Assembly (NCBI RefSeq): GCF_018977255.1
Contig: NW_024704742.1
Coordinates: 6,326,001 to 6,390,000, forward strand
Source of the DNA: Callorhinchus milii
Lineage: Eukaryota
DNA length: 64,000 nt
Direction of reading: 5' to 3'
Under the pieces are notes generated by a model that ran no database searches, had not been told where the DNA came from, and was given only the letters and a program-made list of their open reading frames with translations. The translations under genes and the position numbers were made by a program. Shown here piece after piece: positions 11,789 through 24,090 of this stretch (positions within the stretch are counted from its first letter, which is position 1; every line of letters starts with the position of its first letter).

Positions 11789-12060
11789 CAGCATGGTCCA
11801 ACAGGCGGCCCGCGGTCCACATCCGGCCCAGCGAGTGATTTATCCGCCTGGGACCATTTCCAACATTTCAATTTCTGCTCCTTCCATCCCTCCCCGGCGA
11901 ATGTCCTTTCATGGCAGCGGTAGGAGCTGGCGATTGGGGGACAGCAGCACAGAGAGTGGAAATAATGCCGCCGTTACTGCAATCCGTACCCAACCTGAGG
12001 GAGGGTTGGGTACAGACTGCAGTAATGGCAGGCTGTGCACCTGAGCTGAGGACACCAACT
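11789..12060. mobile_element. Probable hAT/Charlie-type non-autonomous element
   Basis: Starts cagcatggtccaacaggcggcccgcggtccacatccggccc, the GC-rich ggcccgcgg..ccggccc subterminal pattern of hAT MITEs; contains an internal palindrome; right end uncertain. Confidence 0.55.
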
Positions 12061-12074
12061 TAAAATAGTTGTTG

Positions 12075-12345
12075 AAAGAAACAGAGGGGAGGTGAGGAGA
12101 AATTGTTTTACACAGCGAGTTGTTCGGATCTGGAATGCATTGCCTGAAAGGCTGGTGGAAGCCGATTCGAAACAGCTTTTAAAAGAGAAGTAGATAATTA
12201 TTTGGGGAGGACAAGTTTGCAGGTCTATGGCGAGAGCGCGGGGGAGTAGAATCGAGTTGGATAGCTTTTTTCAAAGAACCGGCACAGACACAATGGGCCG
12301 AATGGCCTCCTTCTGTTCGGTATAATTCTATGATCCGATGATTCA
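12075..12345 (+). mobile_element. CR1-clade LINE 3' end
   Basis: Encodes FTQRVVRIWNALPERLVEADS; 3' UTR atgggccgaatggcctccttctg...ttctatgat. Confidence 0.9.
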
Positions 12346-13204
12346 GGCCTGAATCTATATTATAAAAGTTGGCCACAACTTGGCACTACGTTGTGATATT
12401 CTACTTGCCTGTGGCGGCTTATTCAGCTAGCACCACTCTGTCTGTTGAGGCATTACCTTTCATTTATCAGATAATTATTGGAAATAATCCCAAAATAGAT
12501 GTTTGGCTTGCTGAGTGGAAGCAAGAAGGTAAGTCTATATATTTACTCAAATATGTTGCTAGCGAGAAAGATTTCTTGGAAGTTCACAGCAGAAAATCGA
12601 AGAGGGGATGATAAAATTTTATGAGCTTTAAGCAGAATGCAATAAATAACATTTCAGGAAGCAAATTACGTGAAGCTCTTAGTTTAATTGTTTCAGTGCC
12701 TATCTCAGCATGGTGCTGCGGTAACCATGTGTTCCTGTACGTTGAACAGGGGAAGGTTTTCCAAGGCATTTTTCTGTTCACTTATCTGGAAATAGATCTT
12801 TTCTGGTTTGGAGTCCAGGATACTAATTCCGAGAAGAAACTGAGTAAACAGATTTTTGTTATTCCTTTAGAAATTAAACCATTTCTCCTTTGAGTTCATT
12901 GCACTAATAATACTCCGGCAACTTTTATTCAGAAATTCTTCTAATTCTTTGGAGAAATTCATCACCCCAAAAAAAGAATTTGTCGGGGATTAATCAGGCA
13001 CTCTTGTTTGCTCAGCGAAGTTTAATGGTCATTTTTACAGGGCAGCAAACTTTTTCATCAGCTGTCACATTTTGGAGCAATTCAGATAATAATATCATGT
13101 TATTTGCACATTTCTGATATTGAGGTCTAATAGGTGATATCAGGGGAGTTATCCTGCTCAGCTCCTGATGCCGAAAGGATCGATTTCAAGATCCTCACGC
13201 TCAT

Positions 13205-13240
13205 CTAGAAGACGTGAAAAGCTCTATATCAAATGCAAGG

Positions 13241-13278
<38 letters not shown>
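13205..13278 (+). repeat. SINE tail with (ATT)n microsatellite inserted into an L2 fragment
   Basis: gacgtgaaaagctctatatcaaatgcaagg(att)n interrupts gatcgatttcaagatcctcacgctc/atcttcaaatcccttcatgccttggcacc. Confidence 0.8.
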
Positions 13279-13999
13279 CTTCAAATCCCTTCATGCCTTG
13301 GCACCTCCGTACAATGGAATTTTTAGGTAGCAAAATCATTGCCTCACCCATCCATATATGCTTACTGTCAAACTGGACCAATATCCAACACTGAGCCCCT
13401 TTTCAAGGACACTAATAAACTGTCAACTATTATGCCTGCGATGCTTTCCACCTGTCTAATGCTCTGCGGAGGAATGTAAAGGAATGTTAAAAGAATCCTG
13501 TTAAACGAATTGGCGAAAAAAAACATTTGTCTCACTTCTTTCATATAAGAGAACAAAAGAGTCTGTAAGAAATCAGACTTGACTGTGTAGAAATGTCTTT
13601 TGATCCGCACATCCATTCCTTTTCCATGCTGGCCCTGGCTGACCGTACAGATGGATAAGGTGCTAATGCGACAAATGGTAGTCAGGATAACGAGTGCTTG
13701 TCTTTTGCCTGTAAGATCTTCTGTTAAATAAAAAACCTCAAAATGGTGATTCTCCATGTAATTAGATGAAAGCTATTCCTCACCTTCTGGCAGTGTGAAA
13801 TTAACAGTATTGCATAACACATCTGATGTGATGCAGAAAGCTTTCTGAGCCACTGTTAACCTGCCCAAGTAAGATTTAGCAGGTTATATTGCATCAGAAG
13901 CTGCTGCCCTGAGCAGAAAATTCCCATCCACAGATAAAATAATACAGAAAAACAGTTCATTTAATTTTTTTTAAATATAGGTGTTTACTTGACAAAAAA

Positions 14000-14172
14000 A
14001 TAATAATGATAATCCTTGCATTTGATATAGCGCCTTATCACATCTTCGAGACACCTCAAAACGCTTCACAGAACTTACTGTAAAGTGAATTGACTGTACA
14101 TTTTGTGGGTGAAACGCGGCAGCCAATTGCGCACAACAGTGTCCCACAAACAGTCGTGGATTGAGTGACCTT
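14000..14172 (-). mobile_element. Young SINE 3' half
   Basis: Matches the reverse complement of the SINE tail. Confidence 0.88.
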
Positions 14173-15817
14173 TTTTTATTATTTGTTATTGCTGCTGTAG
14201 GCCCTTATTAGGAATAATAATTTAAATCACAGAAATGTAAACTACAGGGCGAGTTCCCAACCTGAGCTGGGTTCATTGAGGAACATATTAAACGGTATAT
14301 ATTAGAAAGTAATTTATTATCATTGCTAGACCTCCATTTCTTCCACCCCAAACAAATTGAAATCATTTCCATATGATCTTTTAAAATACTTTTCCACTGA
14401 TCCTGAGCAAAGGGTAGACCTGATGTTTGAGAATGTCATCCGCTTGTAGAAACTAAACCAATGTAAATTATGGTGGAACGGTCTCTTAAATGTAAGACTG
14501 GAGGCATATAACTTTTTTTTAGGGGGGGGGATGGGGGGTAAGTTAATTGCTTATAATATAAGAAACCTGTAAACATCAATGCAAGAAATATTTTTTTTAA
14601 GTTTCCAAAAACCTTTGCTGACCCTTTTAAAAAGCTGTGCACCACCTTTCACTGAATGAAATGCAACTGCTCCCCGCTGTAAAAACGTACCTTCGAGACA
14701 TATGAAGGATTTAACGGTTTAGGTACAATAAAAACTGCTTCAGTTCATCTTATTCCTTGATTTAGTGCTTTAGCAAGGTCTTTTAACATGTTCCCATATG
14801 GTCTGAAACATAAGTCCTGGGGTTTGTTGCAGGGCTTGTAAAACTTAGTGGAGCATTATTCACTTTTTAATATATAGTGCGCTGTGGACAGCAGAGTGTT
14901 GTGAAAGGTGTCCTAATGTGACATGTGACGACAAACAGAATTGGAGTCGACTCTGAGATGAAACCCACCAGATTCAGATAGTAAAATAAAATCGCATGCA
15001 CAATTTATGCAGTGTGCAATGTTAAAGACTAGGAATTTCCACATTTATGAAATACTGTATTGAGTTTCCAGTTTGCTTTTTTTGTTGCTCAGGCTGACCC
15101 GTTTGGAAATTTACGGTGATTGATGTCATTATGTAAAACATTGATATATAAACTAGGATTGCGTGTGTGTGTGGGGTTAGGGGAGGGGGGAGGGGGCGGT
15201 GGGATTAATGAAAGGTTCTGACGCTGCGAACGGATGCTGACACAGTCTGCCAAGTGTGAAAGTGTTAACAGCCAATCTAACTTTGCCCTTTCGGTCTTGC
15301 TTTCAGAAAACATTCTTTTCTGCGTTACTTACACAAAGGCCGTTTGTCCATGTGCTTCTTACAAAGCGAATTGTGGGAGAAACATTGGCAATTTTATTTA
15401 CTTGCAATGGTTACTGAACAGGTTAAGGTTAGTTGTCCCATTGCCCCAGTTAAAAGACTTTGCATCAGATATTCGTCCTCAAGGTGTTAAATACATGGCA
15501 CATATTGAAGCATATGTTGAACTTTGACTTCAGAAACTTGAGTTTCAAGCTTATGTTAGTGAGCAGCAACACTACACTGCACGGGCGAACACAATCTCCA
15601 AGGTTTATAACAGCTTATTATTGCAAGTAATCAAAAATATTCAAAAATAAACAACTGATGATCTGTGTTTAGTCCAGTGATTCTAAACAAACTTGCAACG
15701 TCCTACAGAGTTTGATCTTATTATTCAAGCTATACGAGTCCAACACTATCATAAGCCCACCTCATGCTTCAGAGCTATGTCAGCTATAATGCAGTCCTGT
15801 TAAGCTATTCTAACCTC

Positions 15818-16070
15818 CACAACAACAGCAAAGTTATATTTATATAGCACTTCCATGTGAGAAGGACATCCCAAGGTGCTGGACAGGTAAGAGTTTGCAC
15901 CTGATCTGGGGGTCAGAATCAAGAGGGATGGGGAGTATGTGGGGTGGGAGGGAGGCCGAATGCACAATCGAAGAGGAAAGTCTTGAGATGGGCCTTGAAA
16001 GAGGCGAGCGAGGGAGGGGAGGTGGGGGGGTGAGGCAGAGGGATTCTAGGATGAAGTTCTAGAGGGTGGC
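15818..16070 (-). mobile_element. L2 LINE 3' fragment
   Basis: caacaac tail; gaagaggaaagtcttgagatgggccttgaaagaggc is the reverse of SFKxHLKTFLFD. Confidence 0.75.
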
Positions 16071-16624
16071 GGAGAAAACATTGCGAATCAGTAAGAATTT
16101 AGTGTTTGGACAGCCAAATCAGCTAAACAGCTAAGTAATTCATTCAGTAGAATGTAAGGTGATCTTCTGCGAGAACTTGGCAGACATGGACCTTTCCCCT
16201 ATACAACGGGAATTGTGTTGAATTTAAGATGAGATGCTGTCTTCAAACGTGTTTGGCCAAACCATTTTGTACAGGTTCAAATGTAAGACGAAGAGCTACA
16301 CTGCACATTTGACTTGACAGTATTGCACTCAATTACGATGTGATTTGTGCCAAGGGCCAGGAGTTTATGAACCAAAAGCAATTCTGTAGCCATGTTTGCA
16401 GCAATTATCCTGTTAAAGACTAGGTAGGTTCTTTAAGGAATGTGCTTGGACTAGATATTGTAGAAGATCAGTAGGCGACAGATGTGTTCACATCGGCTGT
16501 TACAAATGACGGCTGTGATCAATGTACACATCCAATTGCAATGGATTAGGAATCTCTAACAATAGTGGACCTCAGTAAAGCACGTGTTGTGGAGAAACAG
16601 AAAAAAGAGGCAGGAAATTCCTCA

Positions 16625-17126
16625 TAATAATAATAATAATAACCTTTACATTTGGCAAAGCGCCTTTCACGTTGATAGGATGTCTGAAACCCATTTCACA
16701 GAATGTACTATAAAGCGTAGTGACAGTGTGTTTTGTAGGCAAAATGCGGCGGCCAAATTGCATGCAGCAATAGTAATAATCAGAACCTTTGCATTTATCA
16801 CGTTGTTGAGACATCTCAAAGATCGTTAACAGAATATATTGTAAAGTGGAATGACGGTGCATTTGTGGATGAAACGCGGCAGCCAATTGCGCACAGCAGC
16901 GTCCCACAAACAGTCGTGGATTGAGTGACCAAATTTTTTTTTGAAGGGATTATTATCCCCGGAAATGATCCGTCAATCAACCAACAACCGGGTTCTTACT
17001 TACTGCTATGTAAACAGAAGTGTGTGGAGTGAGGAAACTTGCCTAAGGTTTTACACCGCCCAGGAATCGAACCCGGGTCCTCTCGCTTGTGAGGTGAGTG
17101 TGCTAACCACTATACCACAGGACTCC
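16625..17126 (-). mobile_element. SINE tail plus full-length young SINE (long form)
   Basis: Two (AAT)n tails (16625, 16770); head ...ctcgcttgtgaggtgagtgtgctaaccactataccacaggactcc. Confidence 0.85.
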
Positions 17127-17279
17127 ACAATGTCACGTAAACGCTCATGAACTGGGACAGGATCTTGGTTTCATATCACATCTATAGGACAGCAACTCCA
17201 ACAATGCTCGAACTCCAGCCTTTTGACTCAAAGGTGAGAGTGCTACAACTGAGGTGAGAATGCTTTTTTAAAAAAAATA

Positions 17280-17445
17280 CGGTCCCTCAATCCACGACTG
17301 TTTGTGGGGACGCTGCTGTGCGCAATCGACTGCCGCGTTTCAAGCCCAAAATACAGTCAATTCGCTTTACAGTATATTCTGTGAAGCGTTTTGAGATGTC
17401 TCGAAGACATGATATGGCGCTGTATCAAGCGCAAGGATTTATTAT
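17280..17445 (+). mobile_element. Young SINE 3' half
   Basis: tcaatccacgactgtttgtgggacgctgctgtgcgc...gcaaggattt. Confidence 0.85.
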
Positions 17446-18708
17446 TTTGTGTTATTGTAACTGAACCAGGCTGACATTTTAAATGGAAATCTGGTACCTG
17501 AAGCAATAGAGCGAGAGAGCTGTGCTTTTCAGGATTGAAGAGGGACAGAGATTCCACATGGGCCGTGTGCAGACAGGGTGATCATTTGAGACTAATTTTT
17601 CTACATAGGGAGGTGGGGGGGTGGGGGGCGATGGGAAGGGTGCATGGATTTCAATATAAAACTATAATAGACTGAGGAAAAGGGAGCTGTAACTTCATCA
17701 TCCAGCCCCATCTGGGCCAACAAAAGCAAGCCTGTCTGATTCATACAGCTGTTACTATATTTGATTCAAAAGTATAACTGCGGCAATTTCCAAAATATAG
17801 GCCATATTTCATAGATATTGTTATTCTTAGTACATGAATACCGTCTGGACTCTAGGTATATGTTTGATTGGGGATGTGATGTTGAACAACAAATGTTTAA
17901 TCTATCATTCTGCTGCAAAATGTATCCGCAGATGTGTATCTCGTAAAATTTATACCTGTATTGGTGAGTTTTACTCATTTAACAGTTTTGATAAAACTTT
18001 TCTTTTGCGGGAATAACTCATCGAGCAGGCCACGGATCGCTCGCAGAGTGGAAAGCTATGATATTGGTGAGCTCTCTGTGCTGCTCCTACAGCTGTCCCT
18101 TAATGCAAGCAGAACATCAAAGCCATTGGTTTGGGTTTGCAAGGGGTTTAGATAGCAACAGCGGAAGTAGTAATATTAATAATAATAATATTAATAATCC
18201 TTGCATTTGATATAGCGCCTTATCATGTCTTCGAGGCGTTCTCAAAGCTCTTCACAGAATATTGTAAAGTGAATTGTGGGTGAAACGCGACAGCCAATTG
18301 CCGTGGACTGAGTGACCAAATAGTAATTCTTTTGGGCATTTTTAAAACAAATTTAGATTTTGAAAGATATTTCATCTGAAAAGTAAACATCAAAAGGGCA
18401 CGTCAATGTGTTTGCTGAGATCCCTGCAATAGTCAGGAAGACTTTGCATTGAAAAACTCGACTGTGCTGGCCAGATGGGAAAAGCTGTCCTGCCTAGATA
18501 CTTTGAAGTGTAGCAGCTTGAATACATCCCGGTGTTTTACTACTATTTGACTGAAAGCAGTTTGATTTGATAGGAAACCTATCGCAGTGTAACACACATA
18601 TATTCAATGCATCACACACATGACACGTGTGGCATGGCATTCTCCTTCACCGATGCAGATCCCCACTTACAAGTCTTCCACGTTGAGACCTGGTTACGGT
18701 AGACAAAT

Positions 18709-19085
18709 GGAGTCTTGTAACTCAGTGGTCAGAGGGCTCGCCTCGCAAGCGAGAGACCTGGGTTCGATTCCCGGGCAGGACGAAACATTGGGCAAGTTTC
18801 CTTACTCCACACGCCTCTGTTCACCTCGCAGTAAGTAGGAACCCGGTTGTTAGTTGTTTGGTGGATCACTTTTTTGGGGGTAATAATTCCTTCAAAAAAA
18901 AATTAAAAAATTGGTCACTCAATCCACGACTGTTTGTGGGACACTGCGGTGCGCAATGGGATGCTGCGTTTCACCCACAAAATCTACAGTCAATTCACTT
19001 TACAGTATGTTCTGTGAAGCGCTTTAAGACGTCTCGAAGATGTGATAAGGCGCTATATCAAATGTAAAGATTATTATTTATTATT
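18709..19085 (+). mobile_element. Full-length young tRNA-Ala-headed SINE (long form)
   Basis: ggagtcttgtaactcagtggtcagagggctcgcctcgcaagcgagagacctgggttcgattccc; CORE-like ttgggcaagtttccttactccacacgcctctgttcacctcgcagtaagtagg; (ATT)n tail. Confidence 0.92.
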
Positions 19086-20002
19086 AAAAATTAATGGTGG
19101 GGGCAACATACCTCAAGAGACAGTTAGAACAGGTAAACTTCTGTGAGGTGGCATTACTGGCATCAAAAGCAAGAGTAAATATTTGCAATATTGCAGTCTA
19201 TTAATTAAAATATCTATATAATTCCAAAGAGTACTAGGCACAGGTTGGCAAGAACCAAGGCTCGGAGACCCCAGAGTGTGCATTGGGGTAATTGTCGGAG
19301 TTTAATCGTCTAAATCCACGTACCTTGTCACCGAGAACTGGGCACTGTCTGGTAAACATCTCACTTCAATACTAAAGCAAAACAATTTGCACTTATTTGG
19401 GAGAACATCCTTTCAGTGTCTTGGGACATCCTCCGGATGTGAAAGGCGCTCTGTAAATGTGAGTTTGTTGTTGTTGTTGTTGTTGTTGTTAAGCACTTTT
19501 CAAGCACGGAGGGAGACAGAGAAACCTGGGCGTAAGGGGAGAGGAGGCCTGAAGCAACAGCTTTAGGTGTTGATCGACTCTTCACAACACTGCAGAATTT
19601 ACCCCAGCTTGTGATACGAGCAATGCCATGGCAAAGCACCCATTGTGTTAAAATGTTCTGAACTCAGCTGAGTCCAAGATAAAAGATATTCCAATTGTGT
19701 GAAAATCTGGAGAAACGGGGCAAGAAGAGAACCATTGATTCAATGCATTGCCCCTGGCTGTTATTCAAGAAAAATGGTGAAAGACCAGTTCAGAGCAATT
19801 CCTTCAATAGCCAAGAGTTGTCAAAGTTTTGACGAGAGCATTAGATCTAGAAATGGCTGACAGCCTCAGAACGTCCAACAAGGTGTAGTGGTACTGCAGT
19901 GCTTACAGTGCTACAATAGACACACAACAGGAATCCTGTTTTATTTTTCTTTTATTTTGAAGATAATTTGGCAAAGGCTAGGTGCTATTTCCGTAGGCTA
20001 AG

Positions 20003-20295
20003 TAATAATAATAATAATCCTTGTATTTGATATAGTGCCCTATCATCTGGCCAAGACATCTCAAAGAGCTTCGCAGAATATTCTGTGGTATTTTTGGGTG
20101 AACACCGCCGCCAATTTGCGCGCAGAATATTCCCACGATCGGCCGTGAAGTCAATGATCTTTTTTTTTTATTTGGGGTTTGTTGGCCGGGGTACGGGGAA
20201 AAATAACTTTCTCTTTACGAATAGTGCCATGGGATCTTTAACATCCCACCCGGACAGGCAGACGATACCTCGTTCAATGTCTCATTCGAACGATG
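20003..20295 (-). mobile_element. Old Deu-domain SINE fragment
   Basis: atagtgccatgggatctttaacatcccacccggacaggcagacg. Confidence 0.75.
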
Positions 20296-20529
20296 GATGT
20301 GAGGGAGCAGAGCAGCCTCTTCGATTACTACAAAAAGAAACAGGATCTTCGTATACAGGGAAATTTTATAATGCTTTCCAGATATACTTGATAGTGCTGC
20401 TGTATACGAACCCACACTAACATGAAGTACAGGACATCTGGCTTACGTCTCTGAGCTTCCTGCACCCCCCCACCCCCCAAATTAGCTGAATTTGAGTTCA
20501 TCAGATTGCAACTGACAAGACTTCCTGAG

Positions 20530-20875
20530 CTTTGCCCACTTTGGCCTTTTCCTTGTTGGACTCACTCAGTAGCTCATTGGATATTATTGCACCCAATTGC
20601 TCTTGCATTTGCCAACTTTTCCTCTATGCCCAACATCTCTCAAACTTTGCGGTTGCTCACATCTCTCCATCCAGGTGTCGCTCCCTCCTGCTTCATTATT
20701 CATTAGTTTTTCCAGAATGGATTCACTCCTGGCCCAGCTGATCCTTGACTTCATCGGCTCTTTCCGAAACCTTGTCGGTGTCTGCTCCTCGCTTCGCGAT
20801 CAGCAGTCACACCCAAAGAGGGCGTTACAGAATCTCGTTCACTCTGATATCTTTAACACTTTGGAATACATACAG
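20530..20875 (+). mobile_element. Possible very old non-LTR retrotransposon ORF2 C-terminal remnant
   Basis: Translation ...SSHTQRGRYRISFTLISLTLWNTY resembles the R..Y..SF......LWN motif ending CR1/L2-group ORF2; frameshifted. Confidence 0.35.
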
Positions 20876-21159
20876 TGTTGGGATCTTTGTCATTTGTGCT
20901 TTTGTGTTGATAATGCAATATCCTGTTCATGCTTCTACCACTGGGATTTATTCATTTTAACAAGGCTAGTTGTTTCCTTACCTGGGTTAAGCAGCCCCAT
21001 TATGACTAGTTTATATAATGTGTGCAGGATTACCCTGTAACCATACCATCCGACCCCATTGAAAACTAATATATTTCTTCCAAACCGGTTCGTACACAGT
21101 ATGTAAGAAATTTCAAATTGCAGGTTCACACACACATATGCACACACACGCACACACAA

Positions 21160-21383
21160 TAATATTAATAATAATAATCCTTGCATTTGATATAGCGCTT
21201 TTCACGTCGGGAGGACGTCCCAAAGCGCTTCACAGAACACACTGTAAAGTGAATTGACTGTATATTTGTGGGCGAACGCGGCAGCCAATTGCGCACAGCA
21301 ATGTCCCACAAACAGTCGTAGATTGAAAAATGACCAATTTAATTATTGTTTTTTTTTTTTTTTTGGAGGGATTATTATTAGGC
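21160..21383 (-). mobile_element. Young SINE (short form), 5' truncated
   Basis: Near-identical to the reverse complement of the 3' part of 63696-64000. Confidence 0.9.
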
Positions 21384-22884
21384 TACAAGATAAAGCTTGC
21401 CAAACTCAAGGTAGGAACACATGCAGGTAGATTCTAAACACATGCTGAGTAGAAAAGAAAAATGAAACGCACGGCTTTAACATCCATTGGGGGGAGTTAA
21501 AATTGGTGCTTATTTTAGCTATAAAATGCAGCACCTTTTCAAATAATTTCATTCGAGAGACAATAAGCGTGACTCGGTTGTGGTATTTTGTCAAATGCAG
21601 TCTAGTCGGGCAATTAAAACGGGATGTAGTCACGTCAAAAATCAAAGTTGCTGCGAAATTGCTGTCCGATTGGCTAATATTGAGGCTTGTATCGCATTAG
21701 CTCAGGCCTACAGAGCAACCATTGATCGTCTAGTGTGCCGTATATATGGATTAGATGGAAGAGGAGATAAGTGTCCCACTTAATTCAGCAGCGGAATCGC
21801 TAAATCAATCACAAATATTGCACAGTAGCCATGCTGTCTGTACTCTGGCGTTTTAACCTGGCGTTTTATACTGAATGCCAGCAAAGCATTTGCAGACTAG
21901 CGTATGTCTAGGAAAATCAGACCTCTCAGTGATCTAGGGGTCAATTATCTGGAATGCATTTGGGGGTCAGTTAAAATGATCCTTTCAAAGCTTCAACCAA
22001 CAAACCTAACCTCTTTGATCTGACTTTCGTTTACAAAAGCAGCACAATCTTTCCCACCGTAATAGGTGCCATCTCCTCAGGAAATTTATCGCAAGGGTTA
22101 GGAAAGACTGCACCAGTTTAAGCACGGCTATGGTTACCTTTAACCTCTTCTCGACTAGTTTATATAACGCAGTCACTCAAGAAAACAAATTAAAACTAAG
22201 TTAGTGGTGCAGTGCTGCAATTGTTGGAAAGAGATTAGACCTGGTATTATATTTCTCTCATAAATAGTATGGGATTAAATTTAACAGAAGGACATATGGT
22301 CACTGTGATTATTAGCATATAGAAGAATCAAACTCTGAGATTCTACTTTGATTTAAGTTATATTTTGTCTGTTGAAGAAAAGCAACTGTAATATTGAAAA
22401 ATGTCACAGCAGGTCTATCTTGGGATGTCCTCCCGACGCGGAAGGCACTTTACAAATGTTATTTTGTATTGTATCTTCCTTCATTTGTTCTCCACTCCTG
22501 TGTTCGATTCACAAGGATGCGTTTGAGTGCACCTTACATTCTGTCAACTAAAATACACTTTGGATGTTTACTACAATGATTATTCCCTGGCATCTCCCAT
22601 TCCCCTCTTCCGCTAGTTACACTCGTCCCCATCAATAGCAGCCGCCAATCGTGCTTCCACTTCAGGAAGCATCAATCAGCCTCAAGGCAAAGCCAGGAAT
22701 TATCAATGGACGGGATGAGCCAGCCTTACATGGATGCCTCCAAATGTGCAATTATTTGAGTTGCCTCTCAGTGAACTTTTTTTGCAAAGCAGAAAGGTGA
22801 CTGAAATGCCCTTTTGTGGGAGAAATTAGAAATTGTGGGAGAACGTCCCAAAGTGCTTCACAAGATGTACCATGTATAGATAGA

Positions 22885-23250
22885 GTTCAAAATCTTCATC
22901 CACACCTTCAAGGCCCTCCCCGGCCTTGCTCCTTCCTACCTCTGTGACTTGCTGACCATATATCAACCTGCTGCGGCCTGCTCCACATCCCCCGCCCGGC
23001 CCGCCCCACCATCGGCGGTCAGGCCTTCAGCTTCTCTGCCCCGCCCTTTGAAATTCCAACCGCCAGTCCCTTCATCTTGCTCCCTCCGTACCTCAAGACA
23101 CTCCGCTTTGATCTCGTCTGCGGCCACCCTCCTTCCCCTACCCTCCCTGACCCCCACCCCATTGGTCTCAACCTTCTGTTCAGGTCCAAATTCCTGACTG
23201 TCCAGTGCCTGAGGGCGTGACGTGAAAGACGCTTTACAATTGTAATTTTT
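22885..23250 (+). mobile_element. L2 LINE 3' fragment
   Basis: Encodes IEFKIFIHTFKALPGLAPSYLCDLL; tail gacgtgaaagacgctttac. Confidence 0.82.
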
Positions 23251-23254
23251 TGTT

Positions 23255-23690
23255 ACAAAATGGATTGACTGTGTATTTTATGGGTGAACACAGCAGCCAA
23301 TTTCCACGCACCAATGCCCCACAATTAAATGAATGACCAATTTTATTTGGGGATTGTTGGCCAGGATAGAATCATAGAATCATAGAATTATGCAGCACAG
23401 AAGGAGGCCATTCGGCCCATTGTGTCTGTGCCGGCTCTTTTAAAAAAACTATCCAAATCAATCCCATTTGGAGATTCGGAGAAACTCCCTTCTCTTTTTG
23501 AATATTGACCTGGGATCTTTAGTGTCCACCTGAATAGGTAAGTGGGACCTCGGTTTCAACGTCCAATCTGTCAATGCAACACACCCCAAGCACTACATTG
23601 AAGTGATAGCTCAGACTATGTGAGTTCAAGTCCCAATGTGAGAAAGAATGCTCTGACTCAGAGGAAAGAATGCTTCCACTGAGTCAGGAA
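23255..23690 (-). mobile_element. Old Deu-domain SINE interrupted by a CR1 3' tail (23366-23468)
   Basis: Deu core gggatctttagtgtccacctgaatagg; insert (atagaatc)n...gcacagaaggaggccattcggcccattgtg. Confidence 0.82.
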
Positions 23691-23732
23691 AGGATTCCTA
23701 ACTGTTGGTTAATTTGCTTTGATTAACCTAAT

Positions 23733-24090
23733 GGCTGTACCTGTAGCTCAGTGGTTAGAATATGCACCTCGCAAGCGAGAGACCTTGGTTTGATTCCCGG
23801 GCAGGGCGAAATGTTGGGCAAGTTTCCTTATTCTACACCCCTCTGTTTACCTAGCAGTAAGTAGGAACCTGGTTGTTAGTCGATTGGTGGATCATATTTC
23901 TGGGCGTTATAATTCCTTCAAAAGAAAAAAATTGGTCACTCAATCCACGGCTGTTTGTGGGATGCTTTGGCTATCACATTTCACCCACAACATATACAGT
24001 CAAATCACTTTACAGTATATTCTGTGAAGCACTTTGAGACGTCTTGAAGACGTGATAAAGCGCTATGTTAAATGTAAGGATTATTATTAC
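23733..24090 (+). mobile_element. Full-length young SINE (long form)
   Basis: tRNA-like head, CORE-like segment, L2-type tail. Confidence 0.9.
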
